From contig JBILPX010000001.1 of assembly GCA_044373565.1 (NCBI GenBank), positions 1 through 34,263 of the forward strand: a stretch of DNA of 34,263 nt, read 5' to 3'. The position numbers were made by a program, and so were the translations under genes. The notes below the pieces were generated by a model. That model ran no database searches and was not told the origin of the DNA. It saw nothing but the letters and a program-made list of their open reading frames with translations. Source of the stretch: Roseomonas sp. GTDB taxonomy: Bacteria > Pseudomonadota > Alphaproteobacteria > Acetobacterales > Acetobacteraceae. This document shows positions 9,605-19,022 of this stretch, piece by piece (the first letter of the stretch is position 1; each line of letters opens with the position of its first letter).

Positions 9605-10764
9605 TCCCGGTTTGGCTGGCGCGCCCGAAAGTATTGCTGCTGTCTGCCGCGCACCCGCCTGCCGATATTCGTGTGGTGATGAAGGAAGGCGTGAGCCTGG
9701 CTGAGGCCGGCTATGCGGTCAGCCATTTATGCCCCGAACCATCAACTGGCACAGCGCCCTTGCTCGTGGCGGGGGTGGCTATCAGCACCTTTCCAGCGCG
9801 GCGCGGTCGCTTACGCCGCTTCCTTGGCATTCCGCGCCTTGCCATGCGCGCAGCGCGGCAGCGGGCCGAGGTGATCCATGCCTCGGAACCCGATGCCTGG
9901 GCGGCGGCGCTGCTGGCCGGCTGGTGGACCGGCGCGCGCATCATTTTGGATGTGCATGAACACTACCCATCGCGGCTGGATGGCAGGGCGCCGGCCATGC
10001 TGCGCCCCATGCTGCGCGGCCTGCTGCATGGGGTCTGTTGGGCCATGGGGCGGGCTGCCGATGCGGTGGTGGTGGCGAAGGATGGGCTGGAAGCGCCTTT
10101 TGGCGGGGAAGCGCAGGTGGTGAAGGTGCGCAATTACGCGCTTGGCGATGTGCCGCCGCGTGTTCATGCCGCCGGGCCGGTGACGCTGCTGCATTTGGGG
10201 GCGCTGACACGCGCGCGCGGCTGGGCGCAAATGCTGGACGCCCTGGCGCTTTGCCCGCCCGAGACGCTGCTTTGCCTGATTGGCCGCTTCACCGACGCCA
10301 GTGAGGCGGATTTCTGGGCGAGGGCCGAAGCGCTCGGCCTGACGGCACGGATCTCGGCTTTGGGTTGGCTGCCGCATGAGGCTGCGCTGGCAGCGGCTTC
10401 GCGCTGCGATATTGCGCTGATCCTGTTCCAGCCGGGGGCGGAGAATCATCGGCTTGCGCTGCCGCATAAGCTGTTCGACGCCATGCTGGCCGGCCTGCCC
10501 GTCATTGCGCCCGCGGAAGCCGAGGAGGTTGCGGCGGTGATCGAAGCCGCTGGCTGCGGCGCCTTGGTGGATACTTCCAATCCCGCCGCCATCGCTGAGG
10601 AAGTGCAGCGCATGGCGAACCCGATGCGCCGCGCGGTGCTTGGCCAAGCGGGCCGAGAGGCTGCTTTGGCGCATTTCTCCTGGGCGGGGGAAGCGCAGCG
10701 GCTTGTGGCACTTTATGGCCGGCTCACGGGCTTCATGCCGCGCCAAAACGCCAGCGTGGCGTGA
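9583..10764 (+). CDS. Glycosyltransferase family 4
   Basis: HPPADIRV, DVHEHYP, GALTRARG and LPHKLFDAMLAGLPVI GT-B signature. Confidence 0.86.
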   Translation: MPRDGGLIPVWLARPKVLLLSAAHPPADIRVVMKEGVSLAEAGYAVSHLCPEPSTGTAPLLVAGVAISTFPARRGRLRRFLGIPRLAMRAARQRAEVIHASEPDAWAAALLAGWWTGARIILDVHEHYPSRLDGRAPAMLRPMLRGLLHGVCWAMGRAADAVVVAKDGLEAPFGGEAQVVKVRNYALGDVPPRVHAAGPVTLLHLGALTRARGWAQMLDALALCPPETLLCLIGRFTDASEADFWARAEALGLTARISALGWLPHEAALAAASRCDIALILFQPGAENHRLALPHKLFDAMLAGLPVIAPAEAEEVAAVIEAAGCGALVDTSNPAAIAEEVQRMANPMRRAVLGQAGREAALAHFSWAGEAQRLVALYGRLTGFMPRQNASVA

Positions 10765-10804
10765 AGCGATTCCACCCTGGGCGATTCTGGGGTAGGAAAG
10801 GCTT

Positions 10805-12733
10805 GTGATGCGCCGCCCTTCCAATCGGATTCTGCTGAATCTGGCCCTTGATGGCCTGCTTGCACTGCTGGCGCTGGTGCTGGCGGTATGGGCTATTGCG
10901 CCGCGCCATTGGCCTTCTGGCGCCTGGTGGGCGTTGGCCGCCCCTGGGGCGATGCTGGCCTTGCTTTCGGCCGGTGCGGTGTTGCGCCTGCCGCAGCAAT
11001 ACTGGCGCTTTGTTGGCTTGCGCGATTTGCTTGCCGTGGCGGGCGCGGCTTTGGGTGGCGCGCTGCTGTTCTGGCTGGGTGGGCAAATCCTGGGCGGCTG
11101 GCAGCCGGCCAATCCGGCCTTTCCGCTGATCCATGCTGTGTTGTTGGGCGCGCTGCTGATCGGCGCGCGGGTTCTGGCCTTGGTACAGGCCACGCGCCAT
11201 GCCGGCGAAGCGGCGGCAGATGCGCAAGCGGTGCTGCTGGTGGGCGCTGCCGACGGCACTGATCTTTTTATTCGCGCGCTGGAACGTGATCGGCGGGCGC
11301 CTTATCGGGTGATTGGCATTCTGTCCTTACGGGCGCGTCAGGCGGGGCGGCGCATGCAGGGGCATTTGATCCTGGGCACGGTCGAGGAAGCGGATGCCGT
11401 GCTGGATCGGCTGCGCGCAGAAGGGCGCTTGCCTGGGCTGATTGTGCTGTCTGGCCCTGATATTGAAGGCGCGGCCTTGGAAGCGCTGTTGGATGCGGCA
11501 GATCGCCATGGCGTGCCTTTGCGCCGTGCGCCCGCGCCAACGCGGCTTGATCCGGCAGGGAGTGAGGCCGCGCGCCGTGTGGAATTGCGCCCGATTTCGA
11601 TTGAGGATTTGCTGGATCGCCCGCAAGTGCCGCTCGACCGCGAAGGCATGGCGCGGCTGGTGCAAGGCCGGCGCGTGCTGGTGACGGGCGCGGGCGGGAC
11701 GATTGGCGGCGAATTGGCGCGTCAGGTGGCGGCGCTGGGGCCGGCGATGCTGGTCTTGCTCGATCACGGCGAATTCCTGCTTTACGAAATTGATCTGGAA
11801 TTACGCGAAAAACATCCGGATGTGCCGCGCCGCGCGGTGCTTGCCGATGTGCGTGATGAGGCGCGGATCAGGCGCCTGTTTGAAGAAATCAAGCCGGAAT
11901 TGGTGTTTCATGCGGCGGCGCTAAAGCATGTGCCGATGGTGGAAAATGATCCGCTGGAAGGTGTTTTGACTAATGCGTTTGGCACACGCGTGGTGGCGGA
12001 AGCGGCGCGTTCTGTCGGCACTGCGGCGATGGTGTTTATCTCCACCGACAAGGCCGTGAACCCCACATCGGTGATGGGTGCTTCAAAGCGCCTGGCTGAG
12101 ATGTATTGCCAGGCTTTGGACCGCGAGGCGCGTCATGGGCGGGCGGGGATGCGCTGCATCACGGTGCGCTTCGGTAATGTGCTGGGCTCCACCGGCAGTG
12201 TGGTGCCGCTGTTTCGCCGGCAATTGGAACGCGGCGGGCCGCTGACCGTCACGCACCCCGATATGCGGCGCTATTTCATGACGGTGCGCGAAGCGGTGGG
12301 CCTGGTGTTGCAGGCGAGCGTTGTCGGCACCACCGATCCCGAAGGCCAGCCGGCCGAATTGGCCGAGGGCGGCATCTTTGTTTTGGATATGGGCCAGCCC
12401 GTGAAGATTGTGGATCTGGCGCGGCGCATGATCCGGCTGGCGGGGCTGCGCCCGGATGAGGATGTGGAAATTCGCTTCACGGGGTTGCGCCCTGGTGAGC
12501 GGCTTTATGAGGAATTATTCCACGGCCAGGAACCGCCGCGCCCCACTGCTTTCCCTGGGCTTTTGGTGGCAACCCCGCGCACGGCGGATTCCGCTTTGGT
12601 GGGGCGCGCCATTGATGAAATGGCGGCGGCGGGGCGGGCAGGGAATGCGCGGCTTGCGCTTCAGCAATTGGCCCGCCTGGTGCCGGAATTCGCCCATGCA
12701 CCGGAAGGAACTGCAGCGGCGGGGCCGCGCTGA
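10805..12733 (+). CDS. Membrane-bound UDP-GlcNAc 4,6-dehydratase (PglF/CapD/WbpM family)
   Basis: Four N-terminal hydrophobic helices. IEDLLDR, TGAGGTIG, HAAALKHVP, STDKAVNPTSVMGASKR (MxxxK), VRFGNVLGSTGSVVP, GLRPGE. Start GTG 10805 or ATG 10808. Confidence 0.93.
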   Translation: MMRRPSNRILLNLALDGLLALLALVLAVWAIAPRHWPSGAWWALAAPGAMLALLSAGAVLRLPQQYWRFVGLRDLLAVAGAALGGALLFWLGGQILGGWQPANPAFPLIHAVLLGALLIGARVLALVQATRHAGEAAADAQAVLLVGAADGTDLFIRALERDRRAPYRVIGILSLRARQAGRRMQGHLILGTVEEADAVLDRLRAEGRLPGLIVLSGPDIEGAALEALLDAADRHGVPLRRAPAPTRLDPAGSEAARRVELRPISIEDLLDRPQVPLDREGMARLVQGRRVLVTGAGGTIGGELARQVAALGPAMLVLLDHGEFLLYEIDLELREKHPDVPRRAVLADVRDEARIRRLFEEIKPELVFHAAALKHVPMVENDPLEGVLTNAFGTRVVAEAARSVGTAAMVFISTDKAVNPTSVMGASKRLAEMYCQALDREARHGRAGMRCITVRFGNVLGSTGSVVPLFRRQLERGGPLTVTHPDMRRYFMTVREAVGLVLQASVVGTTDPEGQPAELAEGGIFVLDMGQPVKIVDLARRMIRLAGLRPDEDVEIRFTGLRPGERLYEELFHGQEPPRPTAFPGLLVATPRTADSALVGRAIDEMAAAGRAGNARLALQQLARLVPEFAHAPEGTAAAGPR

Positions 12734-12745
12734 GGCTTTTGGTTT

Positions 12746-13471
12746 TTAGAGCGCGAAAAGCCGACCGCCACCCTTGATCATGGCAGGATCGCGGCCCGCC
12801 GCACGAATGGCGCCCCAAAGTGCCACGGCGACGGAATCCAGAATGGGAATGCCGGTTTCAGCTTCGATCCCAACCGCGCCGGGTAGGCCGCGGAAATTGG
12901 TGCAATGGATCACAATGGCATCTGGTTTGGCCGCGGCGGCTTCGCGCACCAGCGCATCCACCTTGGCGGCGCTATGCTCAGCAAAACTGTAATTGCCCGG
13001 GTCTTCCAGATGGCGTTCCACCATTGTTTCCACGCCAAGGCCTGCGAAGTTTTCCATGATGGCGGTCTGCACCGTGTTCAGATAAGGCGTGACCAAGCCG
13101 ATGCGCTTGGCGCCAAGCGCAGCCAGCGCATCAAATAGCGCAAGCGTCGCCGTGGTGCAGGGCAGACCAGTTTCATTCGTGATGGTGGCGCAAAGCGCGC
13201 GATCACTTTCAAGCCCCAACCAAGCGCCGGAAGTGCCATTCCAGCAAAGCGCATTCACCTTCGCATCCGCCAAAAGCGCTGCCGCATCCGCCATCGGGCG
13301 CGGGTCAAATTGGCTGGTGGCATCCGCACCCAGATTGATGGTCAGCACGCGCAGCCTTTGGAAATGCGCCGTGATCCAGGGGGTTGGCGCCAATAGCGCT
13401 GCCGTGACGGGTTCCAACACGGTGTTGGAGCTTGGCGTCATCATGCCAAGCCGGAGCGGCGCTTCCAGCAT
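12746..13471 (-). CDS. Arylmalonate decarboxylase / maleate cis-trans isomerase / Asp-Glu racemase superfamily protein
   Basis: GMMTPSSNTVLE, WNGTS, TGLPCTT, GLVTPY, IHCTNF, GIPILDS, GRLF. Confidence 0.85.
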   Translation of the reverse strand: MLEAPLRLGMMTPSSNTVLEPVTAALLAPTPWITAHFQRLRVLTINLGADATSQFDPRPMADAAALLADAKVNALCWNGTSGAWLGLESDRALCATITNETGLPCTTATLALFDALAALGAKRIGLVTPYLNTVQTAIMENFAGLGVETMVERHLEDPGNYSFAEHSAAKVDALVREAAAAKPDAIVIHCTNFRGLPGAVGIEAETGIPILDSVAVALWGAIRAAGRDPAMIKGGGRLFAL

Positions 13472-13474
13472 GGA

Positions 13475-14308
13475 TCAGCCCCCAGTAGCCAGGCGCGGGT
13501 CCTGCTGGCCGCGTGTGGCCCAGCCGGTGGTGCGATCTTCTATCGTCACCGCCACCCAATACATCGCAACCCCCATCACGCCAGTGATGATAAGCCCCGC
13601 GAAAACCAAAGGCACATCAAAGCGGGAGGATGCAACCAGCATCAAATGCCCAATGCCCTCATTGGCGGCAACGGTTTCGCTGATGATGGAGCCCACAAAA
13701 GCGACGGTAATAGCTACCTTCAACGACGCAAAGAAATACGGCATGGCGCGCGGCAGCCCGACCTTGCGGATGATGTCCGTGGGGCTGGCGCCAAGAGCGC
13801 GCAGCACATCGCGCAATTCGGGCTCCACCGTCGCGATGCCGGTCGCCACATTCACCACAATCGGGAAAAAGGATATCAGAAAGGCGGTCAGTACCGCAGG
13901 CCAGAAACCGGCGCCGAACCAGATCACCAGAATAGGCACCACCGCCACTTTGGGCACGGAATTGAAGGCGATCAGCAGCGGATAAAGCCCGCGATAGACC
14001 AGCACGGAAGACCCGATCACCACCCCCAGCAATAGCCCAAAGACAATCGCCATGGCGAAGCCGATCACGGTGGTCAGCAGCGTCGCCCATGAATTGGTGA
14101 GCAAGGGCTGCCACCATTTCACCATGCTCGCGGCAATGGCCGAAGGGGCGGGCAGGATGAAGGGCTGGATGGCAAAAATGCGTACCGCCGCTTCCCAGAT
14201 CAGGAACATGCCACCAATCACCAGCCAGGGCAGCCAGGCTTCCAAACGGCGACGGCGGCGCGCGGCAGCCGCCAAGGCTTCGGGGCTGCGGAGCGCTTTA
14301 CGGGGCAT
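13475..14308 (-). CDS. ABC transporter permease, NitT/TauT family
   Basis: ILPAPSAI, NSVPKVAVVP, IWFG, LPRAMPYFFASLK. GAGG SD before ATG 14308, overlapping the ATPase stop. Confidence 0.9.
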   Translation of the reverse strand: MPRKALRSPEALAAAARRRRRLEAWLPWLVIGGMFLIWEAAVRIFAIQPFILPAPSAIAASMVKWWQPLLTNSWATLLTTVIGFAMAIVFGLLLGVVIGSSVLVYRGLYPLLIAFNSVPKVAVVPILVIWFGAGFWPAVLTAFLISFFPIVVNVATGIATVEPELRDVLRALGASPTDIIRKVGLPRAMPYFFASLKVAITVAFVGSIISETVAANEGIGHLMLVASSRFDVPLVFAGLIITGVMGVAMYWVAVTIEDRTTGWATRGQQDPRLATGG

Positions 14309-15107
14309 CGGCAATTTCCTCGGCATCGCGGGCATCGCTGATGCGATCGCGCAATTCATGCACCAAATCCTGGAATTCCTTGGTGTAGGTGGTCTCCATG
14401 GTGCGCTCTCGCGGGAAATCCACGCGCCGTTCCGCAATGATGCGGCCAGGGCGGGAAGACATGACCAGCACGCGATCCGCCAGAAAAGCGGCTTCGCGCA
14501 AATCATGCGTCACAAGGATCACCGTAGGGCGGCGCGCCAACCAAAGCTTTTGCATCACCGCCCAAAGATCTTCGCGCGTGAAGATATCCAAGGCGCCGAA
14601 GGGTTCGTCCAGCATCAGCAAGCGTGGCTGATGGATCAGCGCGCGGCAAAGCGAAGCGCGCTGCTGCATCCCACCCGAAAGCTGCCAGGGGAACTTGGCT
14701 TCAAACCCATCCAGCCCGACCAGGGCGAGCAATTCACGCGCCTGGCGTTCATAATCGGCCCGCTTGGCGCGCAATTGGCCGCGATGCGGCTGCACCACTT
14801 CCAAGGGTAGCATCACATTGTCCAGAATATTCCGCCACGGCAGCAAAGTGGGGTTCTGGAAGGCCATGCCGGCGATGGAAAGCGGGCCATCCACTTCCTG
14901 GCCATCCACGAAAACCTCGCCTTCCGTGGGTGGCCACAACCCTGTGACCAAGCGCATCAGCGTGGATTTGCCGCAGCCAGATGGCCCGACTACGGCAACG
15001 AATTCGCCTTCCGCCACCGCAAGGCTGGTGCCCTTGAGCGCGAGCGTTCCCTCAACGCCGCCATAGCGCATGGCGACATTGGAAATATCCACGAAAGCCT
15101 GCGCCAT
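14298..15107 (-). CDS. ABC transporter ATP-binding protein, NitT/TauT family
   Basis: Walker A GPSGCGKST, LSGGMQQR, Walker B LLMLDEPFGALD, VTHD. Confidence 0.93.
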   Translation of the reverse strand: MAQAFVDISNVAMRYGGVEGTLALKGTSLAVAEGEFVAVVGPSGCGKSTLMRLVTGLWPPTEGEVFVDGQEVDGPLSIAGMAFQNPTLLPWRNILDNVMLPLEVVQPHRGQLRAKRADYERQARELLALVGLDGFEAKFPWQLSGGMQQRASLCRALIHQPRLLMLDEPFGALDIFTREDLWAVMQKLWLARRPTVILVTHDLREAAFLADRVLVMSSRPGRIIAERRVDFPRERTMETTYTKEFQDLVHELRDRISDARDAEEIADAP

Positions 15108-15116
15108 GGCGCGGGA

Positions 15117-16139
15117 TCAGACCGCGCGGTCAGCGGCGGGGGGTAGGAAATCTGCCGTGTAGATTTGCGCGGCCTGCACCCGGGGCGGAAGGTTATAGGC
15201 TTCTTCCACCGCGCGAATGCCGGTTTGCAGCCGGCCCATATCTACGGATGAAAGCCCATTGGCGCGCACATTGTCAGACATGATGACGCGTGCGACATTC
15301 ATTTCATGCCGCTCACGTTCCAGCGCCACATCCGTCAGTGGTTCCACGCGCTTCAGATTATCCAGCATTTCCTGACCATTGCGGAGCGTATCGCGGAAGC
15401 CGCGCATCAGCGCCGCCGTCGCACCACGCACCACAGCCGGGTTGCGTTCAATGAAGGCGCGCGTGGTCAGGATGGCGCCGCCATAAAGGTTCAGGCCATG
15501 ATCGTAGTACATCATGACCCGCTGCGCCGGAAGATCGAGCCCGATGCCCTTCAGCGCGAGCGCTGAGGTAGTGACAAAGCCTGTCACGCCATCGGCTTCA
15601 CGGCGCACCAGCATGGGTTCACGCAAAGCGGGAGAGACCGAAAGGAAAGTCACCTTGCTGGCATCAATACCGGACGCTTTGGCGAAGGCTGGGAAAAGCT
15701 GCCGGCCGGCATCGAAATCCGGCGCGGCCAGGCGCTTGCCTTCCAGGTCCTTTGGCGTGCGAATGGGGCCATCAGCGCGCACAATGGCGCAAAGCGGGCT
15801 GCGATCATGCAGCACCGCGACCGCGACAATGCCGCGATCCGGGTTTTCGGCGACGAATTTGATGGCCGGGTTCAAATCCGCATAGCCCATGTCATAGGAC
15901 CCGCCGGCAAGTGCCACCGGCACGCCGCCGGAGCCCTGGCCACGGTCAATCTGCACATCAATGCCGGCATCGCGGAAATAGCCCTTGTCACGCGCCAGCA
16001 GCGCGAAGGCGTTGGGCGCCTGGAAGGCCCAATCGAGCGTGAAGCGCAGCCGCGGCGCCTGGGCGCGGGCCACAAGCGGCGCCGCCAAAATCGAGGTGCC
16101 AGCGATGAGCGCGCCGCGTCGCGAAATGCCATGAGCCAT
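15117..16139 (-). CDS. ABC substrate-binding protein, NMT1/THI5-like, Tat signal
   Basis: MAHGISRRGAL...ARA twin-arginine signal, FTLDW, KGYFRDAGIDV, PKDLEGK. First gene of the ABC operon. Confidence 0.88.
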   Translation of the reverse strand: MAHGISRRGALIAGTSILAAPLVARAQAPRLRFTLDWAFQAPNAFALLARDKGYFRDAGIDVQIDRGQGSGGVPVALAGGSYDMGYADLNPAIKFVAENPDRGIVAVAVLHDRSPLCAIVRADGPIRTPKDLEGKRLAAPDFDAGRQLFPAFAKASGIDASKVTFLSVSPALREPMLVRREADGVTGFVTTSALALKGIGLDLPAQRVMMYYDHGLNLYGGAILTTRAFIERNPAVVRGATAALMRGFRDTLRNGQEMLDNLKRVEPLTDVALERERHEMNVARVIMSDNVRANGLSSVDMGRLQTGIRAVEEAYNLPPRVQAAQIYTADFLPPAADRAV

Positions 16140-16212
16140 TGAGGTTTTCCCTTTTTCCGTGGTTCCTGCGACCTGATACCAAGTCTCTGCGCCCTTGGGC
16201 GTGACCGGAAAA

Positions 16213-16241
16213 GGTTTAACCTCTGCGGGGGGGCGTTGCAA
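16213..16241 (-). promoter_or_regulatory. Putative sigma70 promoter of the ABC operon
   Basis: Minus strand TTGCAA-N17-TAAACC. The -10 overlaps the palindrome AGGTT-T-AACCT (16212-16222). Confidence 0.4.
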
Positions 16242-16301
16242 AGCCGAAATCTGTTCGGTTTGTAGGCATATGCACCCTCGACTGCCGGTTTTTTGGGCGG
16301 A

Positions 16302-18491
16302 TCAGCCCTTGCGTCGCCGCCCGCCCTTGGCCTTGTTGGGATCATAACCCCCGCCGCCTGGCCCCATGGGCTTTGGCTTCCAATCCGCCTTGGCCTTCGG
16401 CTTGGCTTCCTGGAGCGACCGGCCCGCCAAATTGGGCGCAAGCCCCAGATCAAGGCTTTCCAGCCGCTTGATCTCATCACGCAGCCTGGCCGCGGTTTCG
16501 AATTCCAGATCAGCCGCCGCCGCGCGCATCTTGCGTTCCAATTCCGCGATGGTGGCTTTCAGATCCTTGCCGATGAATTGTGCGGTTTCTTCGCCTTCCA
16601 AAGCGTCAACCGTCACGTAATCCTGTTCATAGACGGATTGCAGGGCGGATGAGATATCGCGGCGTATGGTCTGCGGCGTGATGCCGTGTTCCGTATTCCA
16701 GGCTTGCTGTCTTGACCGGCGGCGCGCTGTTTCTTCCAGGGCGCGGCGCAGGCTATTGGTCATGACATCGGCATAGAGCACGACGCGGCCATCCACATTG
16801 CGCGCGGCGCGCCCGATGGTTTGAATGAGCGACGTGGTGCTGCGCAGGAACCCTTCTTTATCCGCATCCAGAATCGCGACCAGCGCGCATTCGGGAATAT
16901 CCAAGCCTTCGCGCAGCAGATTGATGCCAATCAGCACATCAAACACGCCCTTGCGTAAATCGCGGATGATTTCGATGCGTTCCAGCGTATCAATATCCGA
17001 ATGCAGATAGCGCACGCGAATGCCGGCTTCCGTCATGTATTCGGTGAGGTCTTCGGCCATGCGCTTGGTGAGTGTAGTCACCAGCACGCGCCCGCCATGT
17101 TTGGCGACTTCGCGGCATTCGGCCAGCAGATCATCCACCTGCCTTTCCACGGGCCGGATCTCCGTGACGGGGTCCACCAGGCCGGTCGGGCGGATTACCT
17201 GTTCGGCAAAGGCGCCGCCGGTGCGTTCCATCTCCCACGGGCCAGGCGTTGCGCTGACGAAGATGGAAGGTGGGCGATAGGTATCCCATTCTTCGAATTT
17301 CAGTGGGCGATTATCTGTGCAGCTTGGCAGGCGGAAGCCGTATTCGGAAAGCACGGTTTTGCGCGCATAGTCTCCGCGATACATGCCCCCAATCTGCGGC
17401 ACCGTGACATGGCTTTCATCCACGATCAGCAAAGCGTTGTCGGGCAAATATTCGAACAGCGTGGGCGGCGGTTCGCCCGGGTTGCGCCCCGTGAGGTAGC
17501 GGCTGTAATTTTCAATACCTTTGCAGGAACCGGTGGTTTCCATCATTTCAATGTCGAAAATGGTGCGCTGTTCTAGCCTTTGCGCTTCCAGTAATTTGCC
17601 TTCCGCATGCAGCTTCGCCAGATGTTCCTTCAATTCATCCTTGATGCGCGTGATGGCTTGCGTCAGGGTCGGGCGCGGGGTGACATAATGGCTATTGGCG
17701 TAGATCGAAACGCGTTCCATCTCTGCGGTGATTTCGCCCGTCAGCGGATCGAATTCGCGGATTGCTTCAATCTCATCGCCGAAAAGTGAGACGCGCCAGG
17801 CGCGGTCTTCCAAATGGCTCGGCCATAAGTCGACGTTTTCGCCCCGAATGCGGAAAGTGCCGCGGGCGAAGAAATTATCGTTGCGACGATATTGCTGTTC
17901 CACCAGACCCTTCACCAGCACATCCCGGTCAATCTTCCCGCCGGCTTCGAGCTTCACGACCATGCGGGAATAAGTTTCGACCGAACCAATGCCATAGATG
18001 CAGGAAACAGAGGCGACGATCACCACGTCATTCCGTTCCAGGAGCGACTGTGTGGCGGAATGGCGCATGCGGTCTATCTGTTCGTTGATCTGCGCGTCTT
18101 TTTCGATGTAAGTGTCGGTGCGCGGCACATAGGCTTCTGGCTGGTAGTAGTCATAATAGGATACGAAATATTCCACCGCGTTTTCTGGGAAGAAGCTTTT
18201 CATCTCGCCGTAGAGCTGCGCGGCCAATGTCTTGTTTGGCGCCAGGATCAGGGTGGGCCGCTGCACAGCCTCAATCACCTTGGCCATGGTGAAGGTCTTG
18301 CCGGAACCGGTTACCCCCAGCAGCACCTGGTCACGCTCCGCAGCCTCCAAGCCACTGATCAGATGAGCGATGGCACGTGGCTGGTCTCCATTCGGTTCAT
18401 AAGGCGCGGTCACGGCGAGCCGCCGCGTCGTTGGCGGCGCGGGGCGCTTTTCCGGCATGAACAGCACGGGGCCGGGGGCGATCACATTCAT
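16302..18491 (-). CDS. uvrB: Excinuclease ABC subunit B
   Basis: [62 protein letters not shown] and the C-terminal UVR domain ([11 protein letters not shown]). Start trimmed to ATG 18491 because the longer ORF overlaps the divergent gene. Confidence 0.97.
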   Translation of the reverse strand: MNVIAPGPVLFMPEKRPAPPTTRRLAVTAPYEPNGDQPRAIAHLISGLEAAERDQVLLGVTGSGKTFTMAKVIEAVQRPTLILAPNKTLAAQLYGEMKSFFPENAVEYFVSYYDYYQPEAYVPRTDTYIEKDAQINEQIDRMRHSATQSLLERNDVVIVASVSCIYGIGSVETYSRMVVKLEAGGKIDRDVLVKGLVEQQYRRNDNFFARGTFRIRGENVDLWPSHLEDRAWRVSLFGDEIEAIREFDPLTGEITAEMERVSIYANSHYVTPRPTLTQAITRIKDELKEHLAKLHAEGKLLEAQRLEQRTIFDIEMMETTGSCKGIENYSRYLTGRNPGEPPPTLFEYLPDNALLIVDESHVTVPQIGGMYRGDYARKTVLSEYGFRLPSCTDNRPLKFEEWDTYRPPSIFVSATPGPWEMERTGGAFAEQVIRPTGLVDPVTEIRPVERQVDDLLAECREVAKHGGRVLVTTLTKRMAEDLTEYMTEAGIRVRYLHSDIDTLERIEIIRDLRKGVFDVLIGINLLREGLDIPECALVAILDADKEGFLRSTTSLIQTIGRAARNVDGRVVLYADVMTNSLRRALEETARRRSRQQAWNTEHGITPQTIRRDISSALQSVYEQDYVTVDALEGEETAQFIGKDLKATIAELERKMRAAAADLEFETAARLRDEIKRLESLDLGLAPNLAGRSLQEAKPKAKADWKPKPMGPGGGGYDPNKAKGGRRRKG

Positions 18492-18571
18492 GGGGCTAAG
18501 ATGGCGCCATTGGCAGCGCTTCGCCAGGGTGGGGCTTGTCCTGACCAGCAAAATTGTGAGAGGGCAGGGGC

Positions 18572-19015
18572 ATGTCCAATGCCTCCATCCCCCGCCCCGC
18601 CTTGCTGCTGGGCGCCGCCGGCCTGCTGCCAAGCCTTGCCATGCCGCCGCTGCTGGCGGCAGGCGGAGACGCTGCGACCTTCGCGTTGCAGGCTGGCCCC
18701 GCCTATGGCGCGCTGATTGCAAGCTTCATCGGCGGCGCCTGGTGGGGCCTGGCGGCGAATAGGGCAGAGGGCGCGGCGCTGACGCGCTGGCTGGTGGCTT
18801 CCGTCCTGCCCATGTTGGCGGCCTGGGTGGCGCTGCTGCTGCCGCCCCAGGCAGGGCTTTTGCTGCTGGCAGTGATTTTCGCGCTATTGCCGCTTGCGGA
18901 TCGCGCAGCGCAGGCGGCAAGCATGGCGCCAGCCTGGTGGTGGCGCCTGCGCTTGCCGCTTTCGCTATTGATGGCCTGCCTGCATGGCGTTTCCGCCGGT
19001 ATAGCGCTGAACTGA
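18572..19015 (+). CDS. DUF3429-like membrane protein
   Basis: Hydrophobic 147 aa with [23 protein letters not shown] and [12 protein letters not shown]. Confidence 0.75.
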   Translation: MSNASIPRPALLLGAAGLLPSLAMPPLLAAGGDAATFALQAGPAYGALIASFIGGAWWGLAANRAEGAALTRWLVASVLPMLAAWVALLLPPQAGLLLLAVIFALLPLADRAAQAASMAPAWWWRLRLPLSLLMACLHGVSAGIALN

Positions 19016-19022
19016 CGCGGGT

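Noticed and set aside
7904-11259. Long minus-strand ORFs 7904-9229 (441 aa) and 9811-11259 (482 aa)
   Set aside because: Antisense to well-supported genes. Stop codons are scarce in GC-rich DNA, and the translations are Arg/Ala-rich with no motifs.
14300-14345. Short GGCATCG/GCATCG repeats (MPAMPRKLPMPRK)
   Set aside because: Explained by repeated Asp-Ala codons at the end of the ATPase gene in the overlap region.
18492-18722. 77-aa N-terminal extension of UvrB in the ORF track
   Set aside because: It overlaps the divergent membrane-protein gene and promoter elements. UvrB-like sequence begins after Met 18491.
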